64,000 nucleotides of DNA from the human T2T-CHM13v2.0 reference genome, Homo sapiens. This document shows, piece after piece, positions 13,701 through 26,800 of the stretch (its first letter is position 1; every line of letters begins with the position of its first letter). The position numbers were made by a program, and so were the translations under genes. Location: the NCBI RefSeq assembly GCF_009914755.1, contig NC_060925.1; one strand, given 5' to 3'. The notes below the pieces were generated by a model. It saw only the letters and a program-made list of their open reading frames with translations. It searched no databases and had not been told where the DNA came from.

Positions 13701-16700
13701 AAGCGGCTGAAATCTCCACTTGCAAATTCCACAAAAAGAGTGTTTCAAGTCTGCTCTGTGTAAAGGATCGTTCAACTCTGTGAGTTGAATACACACAACA
13801 CAAGGAAGTTACTGAGAATTCTTCTGTCTAGCAGAATAGGAAGAAATCCCGTTTCCAACGAAGGCCACAAGATGTCAGAATATCCACTTACAGACTTTAC
13901 AAACAGAGTGTTTCCTAACTGCTCTATGAACAGAAAGGTTAAACTCTGTGAGTTGAACGAACACATCACAACGCAGTTTGTGGGAATGATTCTGTCTAGT
14001 TTTGAAACGAAGATATTTCCTTTTCTGCCGTTGACCTTAAAGCGCTTGAAATCTACACTTGCAAATTGCACAAATAGAGTGTTTCAAATCTGCTCTGTCT
14101 AAGGGAACGTTCAACTCTGTGAGTTGAATGCACACAACACAAGGAAGTTACTGGGAATTCTTCTGTCTAGCCTTACATGAAAAAAAACCCGTTTCCAACG
14201 AAGGCCTCTAAGTGGTCAAAATATCCACGTGCAGACTTTACAAACAGAGTGTTTCCAAACCGCTGAATGAAAAGAAAAGTTAAACTCTGAGAGTTGAACG
14301 CACACATCACGCAGCAGTTTCTGAGAATGATTCTGTCTAGTTTTTATACGAAGATATTTCCTTTTCTGCCCTTGGCCCCAAAGCGCTTGAAATCTCCACT
14401 TGCATATTCCACAAAAACAGTGTTTCAAATCTGCTCTCTCTAAATGAAATTTCAACTCTGTCAGTTGAATACACACAACACAAGGAAGTTACCGAGAATT
14501 CTTCTGTCTAGCAGAATATGAAGAAATCCCGTTTCCAACGAAGGCCTCAAAGGGGTCTGAATATCCACTTGCAGACTTTAAAAACAGAGTGTTTACTAAC
14601 TGTTCTATGAAAAGAAAGGTTAAACTCTGTGAGTTGAACACACACATCACAAAGGAGTTTCTGAGAATCATTCTGCCTAGTTTTTCTACGAAGATATTTC
14701 CTTTTCTACTATTGACCTCAAAGCGGCTGAAATCTCCACTTGCAAATTCCACAAAAAGAGTGTTTCAAGTCTGCTCTGTGTAAAGGATCGTTCAACTCTG
14801 TGAGTTGAATACACACAACACAAGGAAGTTACTGAGAATTCTTCTGTCTAGCAGAATATGAAGAAATCCCGTTTCCAACGAAGGCCTCAAAGAGGTCTGA
14901 ATATCCACTTGCAGACTTTACAAACAGAGTGTTTCCTAACTGCTCTATGAAAAGAAAGGTTAAACTCTGTGAGTTGAACGCACACATCACAAAGGAGTTT
15001 CTGAGAATCATTCTGTCTAGTTTCTATAGGAAGATATTTCCTATTCTACCATTGACCTCAAAGCGGCTGAAATCTCCACTTGCAAATTCCACAAAAAGAG
15101 TGTTTCAAGTCTGCTCTGTGTAAAGGATCGTTCAACTCTGTGAGTTGAATACATACAACACAAGGAAGTTACTGAGAATTCTTCTGTCTAGCAGAATATG
15201 AAGAAATCCGGTTTCCAACGAAGGCCTCAAGGAGGTCTGAATATCCACTTGCAGACTTTACAAACAGAGTGTTTCCTAACTGCTCTATGAACAGAAAGGT
15301 TAAACTCTGTGAGTTGAACGCACACACCACAAAAGAGTTTCTGAGAATCATTCTGTCTAGTCTTTATACGAAGATATTTACTTTTCTACCATTGACCTCA
15401 AAGCGGCTGAAATCTCCACTTGCAAATTCCACAAAAAGAGTGTTTCAAGTCTGCTCTCTGTAAAGGATCATTCAACTCTGTGAGTTGAATAAACACAACA
15501 CAAGGAAGTTACTGAGAATTCTTCTGTCTAGCAGAATATGCAGAAATCCCGTTTCCAACGAAGGCCTCAAGGAGGTCTGAATATCCACTTGCAGACTTTA
15601 CAAACAGAGTGTTTCCTAACTGCTCTATGAAAAGAAAGGTTAAACTCTGTGAGTTGAACGCACACATCACAAAGGAGTTTATGAGAATCATTCTGTCTAG
15701 TTTCTATAAGAAGATATTTCCTATTCTACCATTGACCTCAAAGCGGCTGAAATCTCCACTTGCAAATTCGACAAACAGAGTGTTTCAAGCCTGCTCTCTG
15801 TAAAGGATCCTTCAACTCTGTGAGTTGAATACACACAACACAAGGAAGTTACTGAGAATTATTCTGTCTAGCAGAATATGAAGAAATCCCGTTTCCAACG
15901 AAGGCCTCAAAGAGGTCTGAATATCCACTTGCAGACTTTACAAACAGAGTGTTTCCTAACTGCTCTATGAGAAGAAAAGTTAAACTCTGTGAGTTGAACG
16001 CACACATCACAAAAGATTTTCTGAGAATCATTCTGTCTAGTCTTTATATGAAGATAGTTTCCTTTTCTACCATTGACCTCAAAGCGGCTGAAATCTCCAC
16101 TTGCAAATTCCACAAAAAGAGTGTTTCAAGTCTGCTCTGTGTAAAGGATCGTTCAACTCTGTGAGTTGAATACACACAACACAAGGAAGTTACTGAGAAT
16201 TCTTCTGTCTAGCAGAATAGGAAGAAATCCCGTTTCCAACGAAGGCCACAAGATGTCAGAATATCCACTTACAGACTTTACAAACAGAGTGTTTCCTAAC
16301 TGCTCTATGAACAGAAAGGTTAAACTCTGTGAGTTGAACGAACACATCACAACGCAGTTTGTGGGAATGATTCTGTCTAGTTTTGAAACGAAGATATTTC
16401 CTTTTCTGCCGTTGACCTTAAAGCGCTTGAAATCTACACTTGCAAATTGCACAAATAGAGTGTTTCAAATCTGCTCTGTCTAAGGGAACGTTCAACTCTG
16501 TGAGTTGAATGCACACAACACAAGGAAGTTACTGGGAATTCTTCTGTCTAGCCTTACATGAAAAAAAACCCGTTTCCAACGAAGGCCTCTAAGTGGTCAA
16601 AATATCCACGTGCAGACTTTACAAACAGAGTGTTTCCAAACCGCTGAATGAAAAGAAAAGTTAAACTCTGAGAGTTGAACGCACACATCACGCAGCAGTT

Positions 16701-18250
16701 TCTGAGAATGATTCTGTCTAGTTTTTATACGAAGATATTTCCTTTTCTGCCCTTGGCCCCAAAGCGCTTGAAATCTCCACTTGCATATTCCACAAAAACA
16801 GTGTTTCAAATCTGCTCTCTCTAAATGAAATTTCAACTCTGTCAGTTGAATACACACAACACAAGGAAGTTACCGAGAATTCTTCTGTCTAGCAGAATAT
16901 GAAGAAATCCCGTTTCCAACGAAGGCCTCAAAGGGGTCTGAATATCCACTTGCAGACTTTAAAAACAGAGTGTTTACTAACTGTTCTATGAAAAGAAAGG
17001 TTAAACTCTGTGAGTTGAACACACACATCACAAAGGAGTTTCTGAGAATCATTCTGCCTAGTTTTTCTACGAAGATATTTCCTTTTCTACTATTGACCTC
17101 AAAGCGGCTGAAATCTCCACTTGCAAATTCCACAAAAAGAGTGTTTCAAGTCTGCTCTGTGTAAAGGATCGTTCAACTCTGTGAGTTGAATACACACAAC
17201 ACAAGGAAGTTACTGAGAATTCTTCTGTCTAGCAGAATATGAAGAAATCCCGTTTCCAACGAAGGCCTCAAAGAGGTCTGAATATCCACTTGCAGACTTT
17301 ACAAACAGAGTGTTTCCTAACTGCTCTATGAAAAGAAAGGTTAAACTCTGTGAGTTGAACGCACACATCACAAAGGAGTTTCTGAGAATCATTCTGTCTA
17401 GTTTCTATAGGAAGATATTTCCTATTCTACCATTGACCTCAAAGCGGCTGAAATCTCCACTTGCAAATTCCACAAAAAGAGTGTTTCAAGTCTGCTCTGT
17501 GTAAAGGATCGTTCAACTCTGTGAGTTGAATACATACAACACAAGGAAGTTACTGAGAATTCTTCTGTCTAGCAGAATATGAAGAAATCCGGTTTCCAAC
17601 GAAGGCCTCAAGGAGGTCTGAATATCCACTTGCAGACTTTACAAACAGAGTGTTTCCTAACTGCTCTATGAACAGAAAGGTTAAACTCTGTGAGTTGAAC
17701 GCACACACCACAAAAGAGTTTCTGAGAATCATTCTGTCTAGTCTTTATACGAAGATATTTACTTTTCTACCATTGACCTCAAAGCGGCTGAAATCTCCAC
17801 TTGCAAATTCCACAAAAAGAGTGTTTCAAGTCTGCTCTCTGTAAAGGATCATTCAACTCTGTGAGTTGAATAAACACAACACAAGGAAGTTACTGAGAAT
17901 TCTTCTGTCTAGCAGAATATGCAGAAATCCCGTTTCCAACGAAGGCCTCAAGGAGGTCTGAATATCCACTTGCAGACTTTACAAACAGAGTGTTTCCTAA
18001 CTGCTCTATGAAAAGAAAGGTTAAACTCTGTGAGTTGAACGCACACATCACAAAGGAGTTTATGAGAATCATTCTGTCTAGTTTCTATAAGAAGATATTT
18101 CCTATTCTACCATTGACCTCAAAGCGGCTGAAATCTCCACTTGCAAATTCGACAAACAGAGTGTTTCAAGCCTGCTCTCTGTAAAGGATCCTTCAACTCT
18201 GTGAGTTGAATACACACAACACAAGGAAGTTACTGAGAATTATTCTGTCT
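8400..18250 (-). repeat. Near-identical tandem run of a 2381-bp 14-mer HOR variant (~4 copies)
   Basis: The ORF track repeats with identical translations at +2381 (e.g. 9454, 11835, 14216, 16597). Shared variants: A8 tract, gcatattcc, ttaccgag, ccggtttcc, cacaccacaa, atatgcaga. Confidence 0.93.
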
Positions 18251-21200
18251 AGCATAATATGAAGAAATCCCGTTTCCAACGAAGGCCTCAAAGAGGTCTG
18301 AATATCCACTTGCAGACTTTACAAACAGAGTGTTTCCTAACTGCTCTATGAGAAGAAAAGTTAAACTCTGTGAGTTGAACGCACACATCACAAAAGATTT
18401 TCTGAGAATCATTCTGTCTAGTCTTTATATGAAGATAGTTTCCTTTTCTACCATTGACCTCAAAGCGGCTGAAATCTCCACTTGCAAATTCCACAAAAAG
18501 AGTGTTTCAAGTCTGCTCTGTGTAAAGGATCGTTCAACTCTGTGAGTTGAATACACACAACACAAGGAAGTTACTGAGAATTCTTCTGTCTAGCAGAATA
18601 GGAAGAAATCCCGTTTCCAACGAAGGCCACAAGATGTCAGAATATCCACTTACAGACTTTACAAACAGAGTGTTTCCTAACTGCTCTATGAACAGAAAGG
18701 TTAAACTCTGTGAGTTGAACGAACACATCACAACGCAGTTTGTGGGAATGATTCTGTTTAGTTTTGAAACGAAGATATTTCCTTTTCTGCCGTTGACCTT
18801 AAAGCGCTTGAAATCTACACTTGCAAATTGCACAAATAGAGTGTTTCAAATCTGCTCTGTCTAAGGGAACGTTCAACTCTGTGAGTTGAATGCACACAAC
18901 ACAAGGAAGTTACTGGGAATTCTTCTGTCTAGCCTTACATGAAAAAAAACCCGTTTCCAACGAAGGCCTCTAAGTGGTCAAAATATCCACGTGCAGACTT
19001 TACAAACAGAGTGTTTCCAAACCGCTGAATGAAAAGAAAAGTTAAACTCTGAGAGTTGAACGCACACATCATGCAGCAGTTTCTGAGAATGATTCTGTCT
19101 AGTTTTTATACGAAGATATTTCCTTTTCTGCCCTTGGCCCCAAAGCGCTTGAAATCTCCACTTGCAAATTCCACAAAAACAGTGTTTCAAATCTGCTCTC
19201 TCTAAATGAAAGTTCAACTCTGTCAGTTGAATACACACAACACAAGGAAGTTACTGAGAATTCTTCTGTCTAGCATAATATGAAGAAATCCCGTTTCCAA
19301 CGAAGGCCTCAAAGGGGTCTGAATATCCACTTGCAGACTTTATAAACAGAGTGTTTACTAACTGCTCTATGAAAAGAAAGGTTAAACTCTGTGAGTTGAA
19401 CACACACATCACAAAGGAGTTTCTGAGAATCATTCTGCCTAGTTTTTCTACGAAGATATTTCCTTTTCTACTATTGACCTCAAAGCGGCTGAAATCTCCA
19501 CTTGCAAATTCCACAAAAAGAGTGTTTCAAGTCTGCTCTGTGTAAAGGATCGTTCAACTCTGTGAGTTGAATACACACAACACAAGGAAGTTACTGAGAA
19601 TTCTTCTGTCTAGCAGAATATGAAGAAATCCCGTTTCCAACGAAGGCCTCAAAGAAGTCTGAATATCCACTTGCAGACCTTACAAACAGAGTGTTTCCTA
19701 ACTGCTCTATGAAAAGAAAGGTTAAACTCTGTGAGTTGAACGCACACATCACAAAGGAGTTTCTGAGAATCATTCTGTCTAGTTTCTATAGGAAGATATT
19801 TCCTATTCTACCATTGACCTCAAAGCGGCTGAAATCTCCACTTGCAAATTCCACAAAAAGAGTGTTTCAAGTCTGCTCTCTGTAAAGGATCGTTCAACTC
19901 TGTGAGTTGAATACACACAACACAAGGAAGTTACTGAGAATTCTTCTGTCTAGCAGAATATGAAGAAATCCCGTTTCCAACGAAGGCCTCAAGGAGGTCT
20001 GAATATCCACTTGCAGACTTTACAAACAGAGTGTTTCCTAAGTGCTCTATGAACAGAAAGGTGAAACTCTGTGAGTTGAACGCACACATCACAAAGGAGT
20101 TTCTGAGAATCATTCTGTCTAGTCTTTATACGAAGATATTTCCTTTTCTACCATTGACCTCAAAGCGGCTGAAATCTCCACTTGCAAATTCCACAAAAAG
20201 AGTGTTTCAAGTCTGCTCTGTGTAAAGGATCGTACAACTCTGTGAGTTGAATACACACAACACAAGGAAGTTACTGAGAATTCTTCTGTCTAGCAGAATA
20301 TGAAGAAATCCCGTTTCCAACGAAGGCCTCAAGGAGGTCTGAATATCCACTTGCAGACTTTACAAACAGAGTGTTTCCTAACTGCTCTATGAACAGAAAG
20401 GTTAAACTCTGTGAGTTGAACGCACACATCACAAAAGAGTTTCTGAGAATCATTCTGTCTAGTCTTTATACGAAGATATTTCCTTTTCTACCATTGACAT
20501 CAAAGTGGCTGAAATCTCCACTTGCAAATTCCACAAAAAGAGTGTTTCAAGTCTGCTCTGTGTAAAGGATCGTTCAACTCTGTGAGTTGAATACACACAA
20601 CACAAGGAAGTTACTGAGAATTCTTCTGTCTAGCAGAATATGAAGAAATCCCGTTTCCAACGAAGGCCACAAGATGTCAGAATATCCACTTACAGACTTT
20701 ACAGAGTGTTTCCTAACTGCTCTATGAACAGAAAGGTTAAACTCTGTGAGTTGAACGAACACATCACAACGCAGTTTGTGGGAATGATTCTGTCTAGTTT
20801 TGAAACGAAGATATTTCCTTTTCTGCCATTGACCTTAAAGCGCTTGAAATCTACACTTGCAAATTGCACAAATAGAGTGTTTCAAATCTGCTCTGTCTAA
20901 GGGAACGTTCAACTCTGTGAGTTGAATGCACACAACACAAGGAAGTTACTGGGAATTCTTCTGTCTAGCCTTACATGAAAAAAAACCCGTTTCCAACGAA
21001 GGCCTCTAAGTGGTCAAAATATCCACGTGCAGACTTTACAAACAGAGTGTTTCCAAACCGCTGAATGAAAAGAAAAGTTAAACTCTGAGAGTTGAACGCA
21101 CACATCACGCAGCAGTTTCTGAGAATGATTCTGTCTAGTTTTTATACGAAGATATTTCCTTTTCTGCCTTTGGCCCCAAAGCGCTTGAAATCTCCACTTG

Positions 21201-23849
21201 CAAATTCCACAAAAACAGTGTTTCAAATCTGCTCTCTCTAAATGAAAGTTGAACTCTGTCAGTTGAATACACACAACACAAGGAAGTTACTGAGAATTCT
21301 TCTGTCTAGCATAATATGAAGAAATCCCGTTTCCAACGAAGGCCTCAAAGGGGTCTGAATATCCACTTGCAGACTTTATAAACAGAGTGTTTACTAACTG
21401 CTCTAGGAAAAGAAAGGTTAAACTCTGTGAGTTGAACACACACATCACAAAGGAGTTTCTGAAAATCATTCTGTCTAGTTTTTCTACGAAGATATTTCCT
21501 TTTCTACTATTGACCTCAAAGCGGCTGAAATCTCCACTTGCAAATTCCACAAAAAGAGTGTTTCAAGTCTGCTCTGTGTAAAGGATCGTTCAACTCTGTG
21601 AGTTGAATACACACAACACAAGGAAGTTACTGAGAATTCTTCTGTCTAGCAGAATATGAAGAAATCCCGTTTCCAACGAAGGCCTCAAAGAGGTCTGAAT
21701 ATCCACTTGCAGACTTTACAAACAGAGTGTTTCCTAACTGCTCTATGAAAAGAAAGGTTAAACTCTGTGAGTTGAACGCACACATCACAAAGGAGTTTCT
21801 GAGAATCGTTCTGTCTAGTTTCTATAGGAAGATATTTCCTATTCTACCATTGACCTCAAAGCGGCTGAAATCTCCACTTGCAAATTCCACAAAAAGAGTG
21901 TTTCAAGTCTGCTCTGTGTAAAGGATCGTTCAACTCTGTGAGTTGAATACACACAACACAAGGAAGTTACTGAGAATTATTCTGTCTAGCATAATATGAA
22001 GAAATCCCGTTTCCAACGAAGGCCTCAAAGAGGTCTGAATATCCACTTGCAGACTTTACAAACAGAGTGTTTCCTAACTGCTCTATGAACGGAAAGGTTA
22101 AACTCTGTGAGTTGAATGCACACATCACAAAGGAGTTTCTGAGAATCATTCTGTCTAGTCTTTATACGAAGATATTTACTTTTCTACCATTGACCTCAAA
22201 GCGGCTGAAATCTCCACTTGCAAATTCCACAAAAAGAGTGTTTCAAGTCTGCTCTGTGTAAAGGATCATTCAACTCTGTGAGTTGAATAAACACAACACA
22301 AGGAAGTTACTGAGAATTCTTCAGTCTAGCAGAATATGAAGAAATCCCGTTTCCAACGAAGGCCTCAAGGAGGTCTGAATATCCACTTGCAGACTTTACA
22401 AACAGAGTGTTTCCTAACTGCTCTATGAAAAGAAAGGTTAAACTCTGTGAGTTGAACGCACACATCACAAAGGAGTTTATGAGAATCATTCTGTCTAGTT
22501 TCTATAAGAAGATATTTCCTATTCTACCATTCACCTCAAAGCGGCTGAAATCTCCACTTGCAAATTCGACAAAAAGAGTGTTTCAAGCCTGCTCTCTGTA
22601 AAGGATCCTTCAACTCTGTGAGTTGAATACACACAACACAAGGAAGTTACTGAGAATTATTCTGTCTTGCATAATATGAAGAAATCCCGTTTCCAACGAA
22701 GGCCTCAAAGAGGTCTGAATATCCACTTGCAGACTTTACAAACAGAGTGTTTCCTAACTGCTCTATGAGAAGAAAAGTTAAACTCTGTGAGTTGAACGCA
22801 CACATCACAAAAGATTTTCTGAGAATCATTCTGTCTAGTCTTTATATGAAGATAGTTTCCTTTTCTACCATTGACCTCAAAGCGGCTGAAATCTCCACTT
22901 GCAAATTCCACAAAAAGAGTGTTTCAAGTCTGCTCTGTGTAAAGTATCGTTCAACTCTGTGAGTTGAATACACACAACACAAGGAAGTTACTGAGAATTC
23001 TTCTGTCTAGCAGAATATGAAGAAATCCCGTTTCCAACGAAGGCCTCTAGGAGGTCTGAATATCCACTTGCAGACTTTACAAACAGAGTGTTTCCTAACT
23101 GCTCTATGAACAGAAAGGTTAAACTCTGTGAGTTGAACGAACACATCACAACGCAGTTTGTGCGAATGATTCTGTCTAGTTTTGAAACGAAGATATTTCC
23201 TTTTCTGCCGTTGACCTTAAAGCGCTTGAAATCTACACTTGCAAATTGCACAAATAGAGTGTTTCAAATCTGCTCTGTCTAAGGGAACGTTCAACTCTGT
23301 GAGTTGAATGCACACAACACAAGGAAGTTACTGGGAATTCTTCTGTCTAGCCTTACATGAAAAAAACCCGTTTCCAACGAAGGCCTCTAAGTGGTCAAAA
23401 TATCCACGTGCAGACTTTACAAACAGAGTGTTTCCAATCCGCTGAATGAAAAGAAAAGTTAAACTCTGAGAGTTGAACGCACACATCACGCAGCAGTTTC
23501 TGAGAATGATTCTGTCTAGTTTTTATACGAAGATATTTCCTTTTCCGCCTTTGGCCCCAAAGCGCTTGAAATCTCCACTTGCAAATTCCACAAAAACAGT
23601 GTTTCAAATCTGCTCTCTCTAAATGAAAGTTCAACTCTGTCAGTTGAATACACACAACACAAGGAAGTTACTGAGAATTCTTCTGTGTAGCATAATATGA
23701 AGAAATCCCGTTTCCAACGAAGGCCTCCAAGGGGTCTGAATATCCACTTGCAGACTTTATAAACAGAGTGTTTACTAACTGCTCTATGAAAAGAAAGGTT
23801 AAACTCTGTGAGTTGAACACACACATCACAAAGGAGTTTCTGAGAATCA

Positions 23850-26800
23850 TTCTGTCTAGTTTTTCTACGAAGATATTTCCTTTTCTACTATTGACCTCAA
23901 AGCGGCTGAAATCTACACTTGCAAATTCCACAAAAAGAGTGTTTCAAGTCTGCTCTGTGTAAAGGATCGTTCAACTCTGTGAGTTGAATACACACAACAC
24001 AAGGAAGTTACTGAGAATTCTTCTGTCTAGCAGAATATGAAGAAATCCCGTTTCCAACGAAGGCCTCAAGGAGGTCTGAATATCCACTTGCAGACTTTAC
24101 AAACAGAGTGTTTCCTAACTGCTCTATGAACAGAAAGGTTAAACTCTGTGAGTTGAACGCACACATCACAAAGGAGTTTCTGAGAATCATTCTGTCTAGT
24201 CTTTATACGAAGATATTTCCTATTCTACCATTGACCTCAAAGCGGCTGAAATCTCCACTTGCAAATTCCACAAAAAGAGTGTTTCAAGTCCGCTCTGTGT
24301 AAAGGATCGTTCAACTCTGTGAGTTGAATACACACAACACAAGGAAGTTACTGAGAATTATTCTCTCTAGCAAAATATGAAGAAATCCCGTTTCCAACGA
24401 AGGCCTCAAAGAGGTCTGAATATCCACTTGCAGACTTTACAAACAGAGTGTTTCCTAACTGCTCTATGAGAAGAAAAGTTAAACTCTGTGAGTTGAACGC
24501 ACACATCACAAAAGATTTTCTGAGAATCATTCTGTCTAGTCTTTATATGAAGATAGTTTCCTTTTCTACCATTGACCTCAAAGCGGCTGAAATCTCCACT
24601 TGCAAATTCCACAAAAAGAGTGTTTCAAGTCTGCTCTGTGTAAAGGATCGTTCAACTCTGTGAGTTGAATACACACAACACAAGGAAGTTACTGAGAATT
24701 CTTCTGTCTAGCAGAATATGAAGAAATCCCGTTTCCAACGAAGGCCACAAGATGTCAGAATATCCACTTACAGACTTTACAAACAGAGTGTTTCCTAACT
24801 GCTCTATGAACAGAAAGGTTAAACTCTGTGAGTTGAACGAACACATCACAACGCAGTTTGTGGGAATGATTCTGTCTAGTTTTGAAACGAAGATATTTCC
24901 TTTTCTGCCGTTGACCTTAAAGCACTTGAAATCTACACTTGCAAATTGCACAAATAGAGTGTTTCAAATCTGCTCTGTCTAAGGGAACGTTCAACTCTGT
25001 GAGTTGAATGCACACAACACAAGGAAGTTACTGGGAATTCTTCTGTCTAGCCTTACATGAAAAAAACCCGTTTCCAACGAAGGCCTCTAAGTGGTCAAAA
25101 TATCCACGTGCAGACTTTACAAACAGAGTGTTTCCAAACCGCTGAATGAAAAGAAAAGTTAAACTCTGAGAGTTGAACGCACACATCACGCAGCAGATTC
25201 TGAGAATGATTCTGTCTAGTTTTTATACGAAGATATTTCCTTTTCTGCCTTTGGCCCCAAAGCGCTTGAAATCTCCACTTGCAAATTCCACAAAAACAGT
25301 GTTTCAAATCTGCTCTCTCTAAATGAAAGTTCAACTCTGTCAGTTGAATACACACAACACAAGGAAGTTACTGAGAATTCTTCTGTCTAGCATAATATGA
25401 AGAAATCCCGTTTCCAACGAAGGCCTCAAAGGGGTCTGAATATCCACTTGCAGACTTTATAAACAGAGTGTTTACTAACTGCTCTATGAAAAGAAAGGTT
25501 AAACTCTGTGAGTTGAACACACACATCACAAAGGAGTTTCTGAGAATCATTCTGTCTAGTCTTTATACGAAGATATTTCCTTTTCTACTATTGACCTCAA
25601 ATCGGCTGAAATCTCCACTTGCAAATTCCACAAAAAGAGTGTTTCAAGTCTGCTCTGTGTAAAGGATCGTTCAACTCTGTGAGTAGAATACACACAACAC
25701 AAGGAAGTTACTGAGAATTCTTCTGTCTAGCAGAATATGAAGAAATCCCGTTTCCAACGAAGGCCTCAAGGAGGTCTGAATATCCACTTGCAGACTTTTC
25801 AAACAGAGTGTTTCCTAACTGCTCTATGAAAAGAAAGGTTAAACTCTGTGAGTTGAACGCACACATCACAAAGGAGTTTATGAGAATCATTCTGTCTAGT
25901 TTCTATAAGAAGATATTTCCTATTCTACCATTGACCTCAAAGCGGCTGAAATCTCCACTTGCCAATTCGACAAAAAGAGTGTTTCAAGCCTGCTCTCTGT
26001 AAAGGATCCTTCAACTCTGTGAGTTGAATACACACAACACAAGGAAGTTACTGAGAATTATTCTGTCTAGCAAAATATGAAGAAATCCCGTTTCCAACGA
26101 AGGCCTCAAAGAGGTCTGAATATCCACTTGCAGACTTTACAAACAGAGTGTTTCCTAACTGCTCTATGAGAAGAAAAGTTAAACTCTGTGAGTTGAACGC
26201 ACACATCACAAAAGATTTTCTGAGAATCATTCTGTCTAGTCTTTATATGAAGATAGTTTCCTTTTCTACCATTGACCTCAAAGCGGCTGAAATCTCCACT
26301 TGCAAATTCCACAAAAAGAGTGTTTCAAGTCTGCTCTGTGTAAAGGATCGTTCAACTCTGTGAGTTGAATACACACAACACAAGGAAGTTACTGAGAATT
26401 CTTCTGTCTAGCAGAATATGAAGAAATCCCGTTTCCAACGAAGGCCACAAGATGTCAGAATATCCACTTACAGACTTTACAAACAGAGTGTTTCCTAACT
26501 GCTCTATGAATAGAAAGGTTAAACTCTGTGAGTTGAACGAACACATCACAACGCAGTTTGTGGGAATGATTCTGTCTAGTTTTGAAAGGAAGATATTTCC
26601 TTTTCAGCCGTTGACCTTAAAGCGCTTGAAATCTACACTTGCAAATTGCACAAATAGGCTGTTTCAAATCTGCTCTGTCTAAGGGAACGTTCAACTCTGT
26701 GAGTTGAATGCACACAACACAAGGAAGTTACTGGGAATTCTTCTGTCTAGCCTTACATGAAAAAAACCCGTTTCCAACGAAGGCCTCTAAGTGGTCAAAA

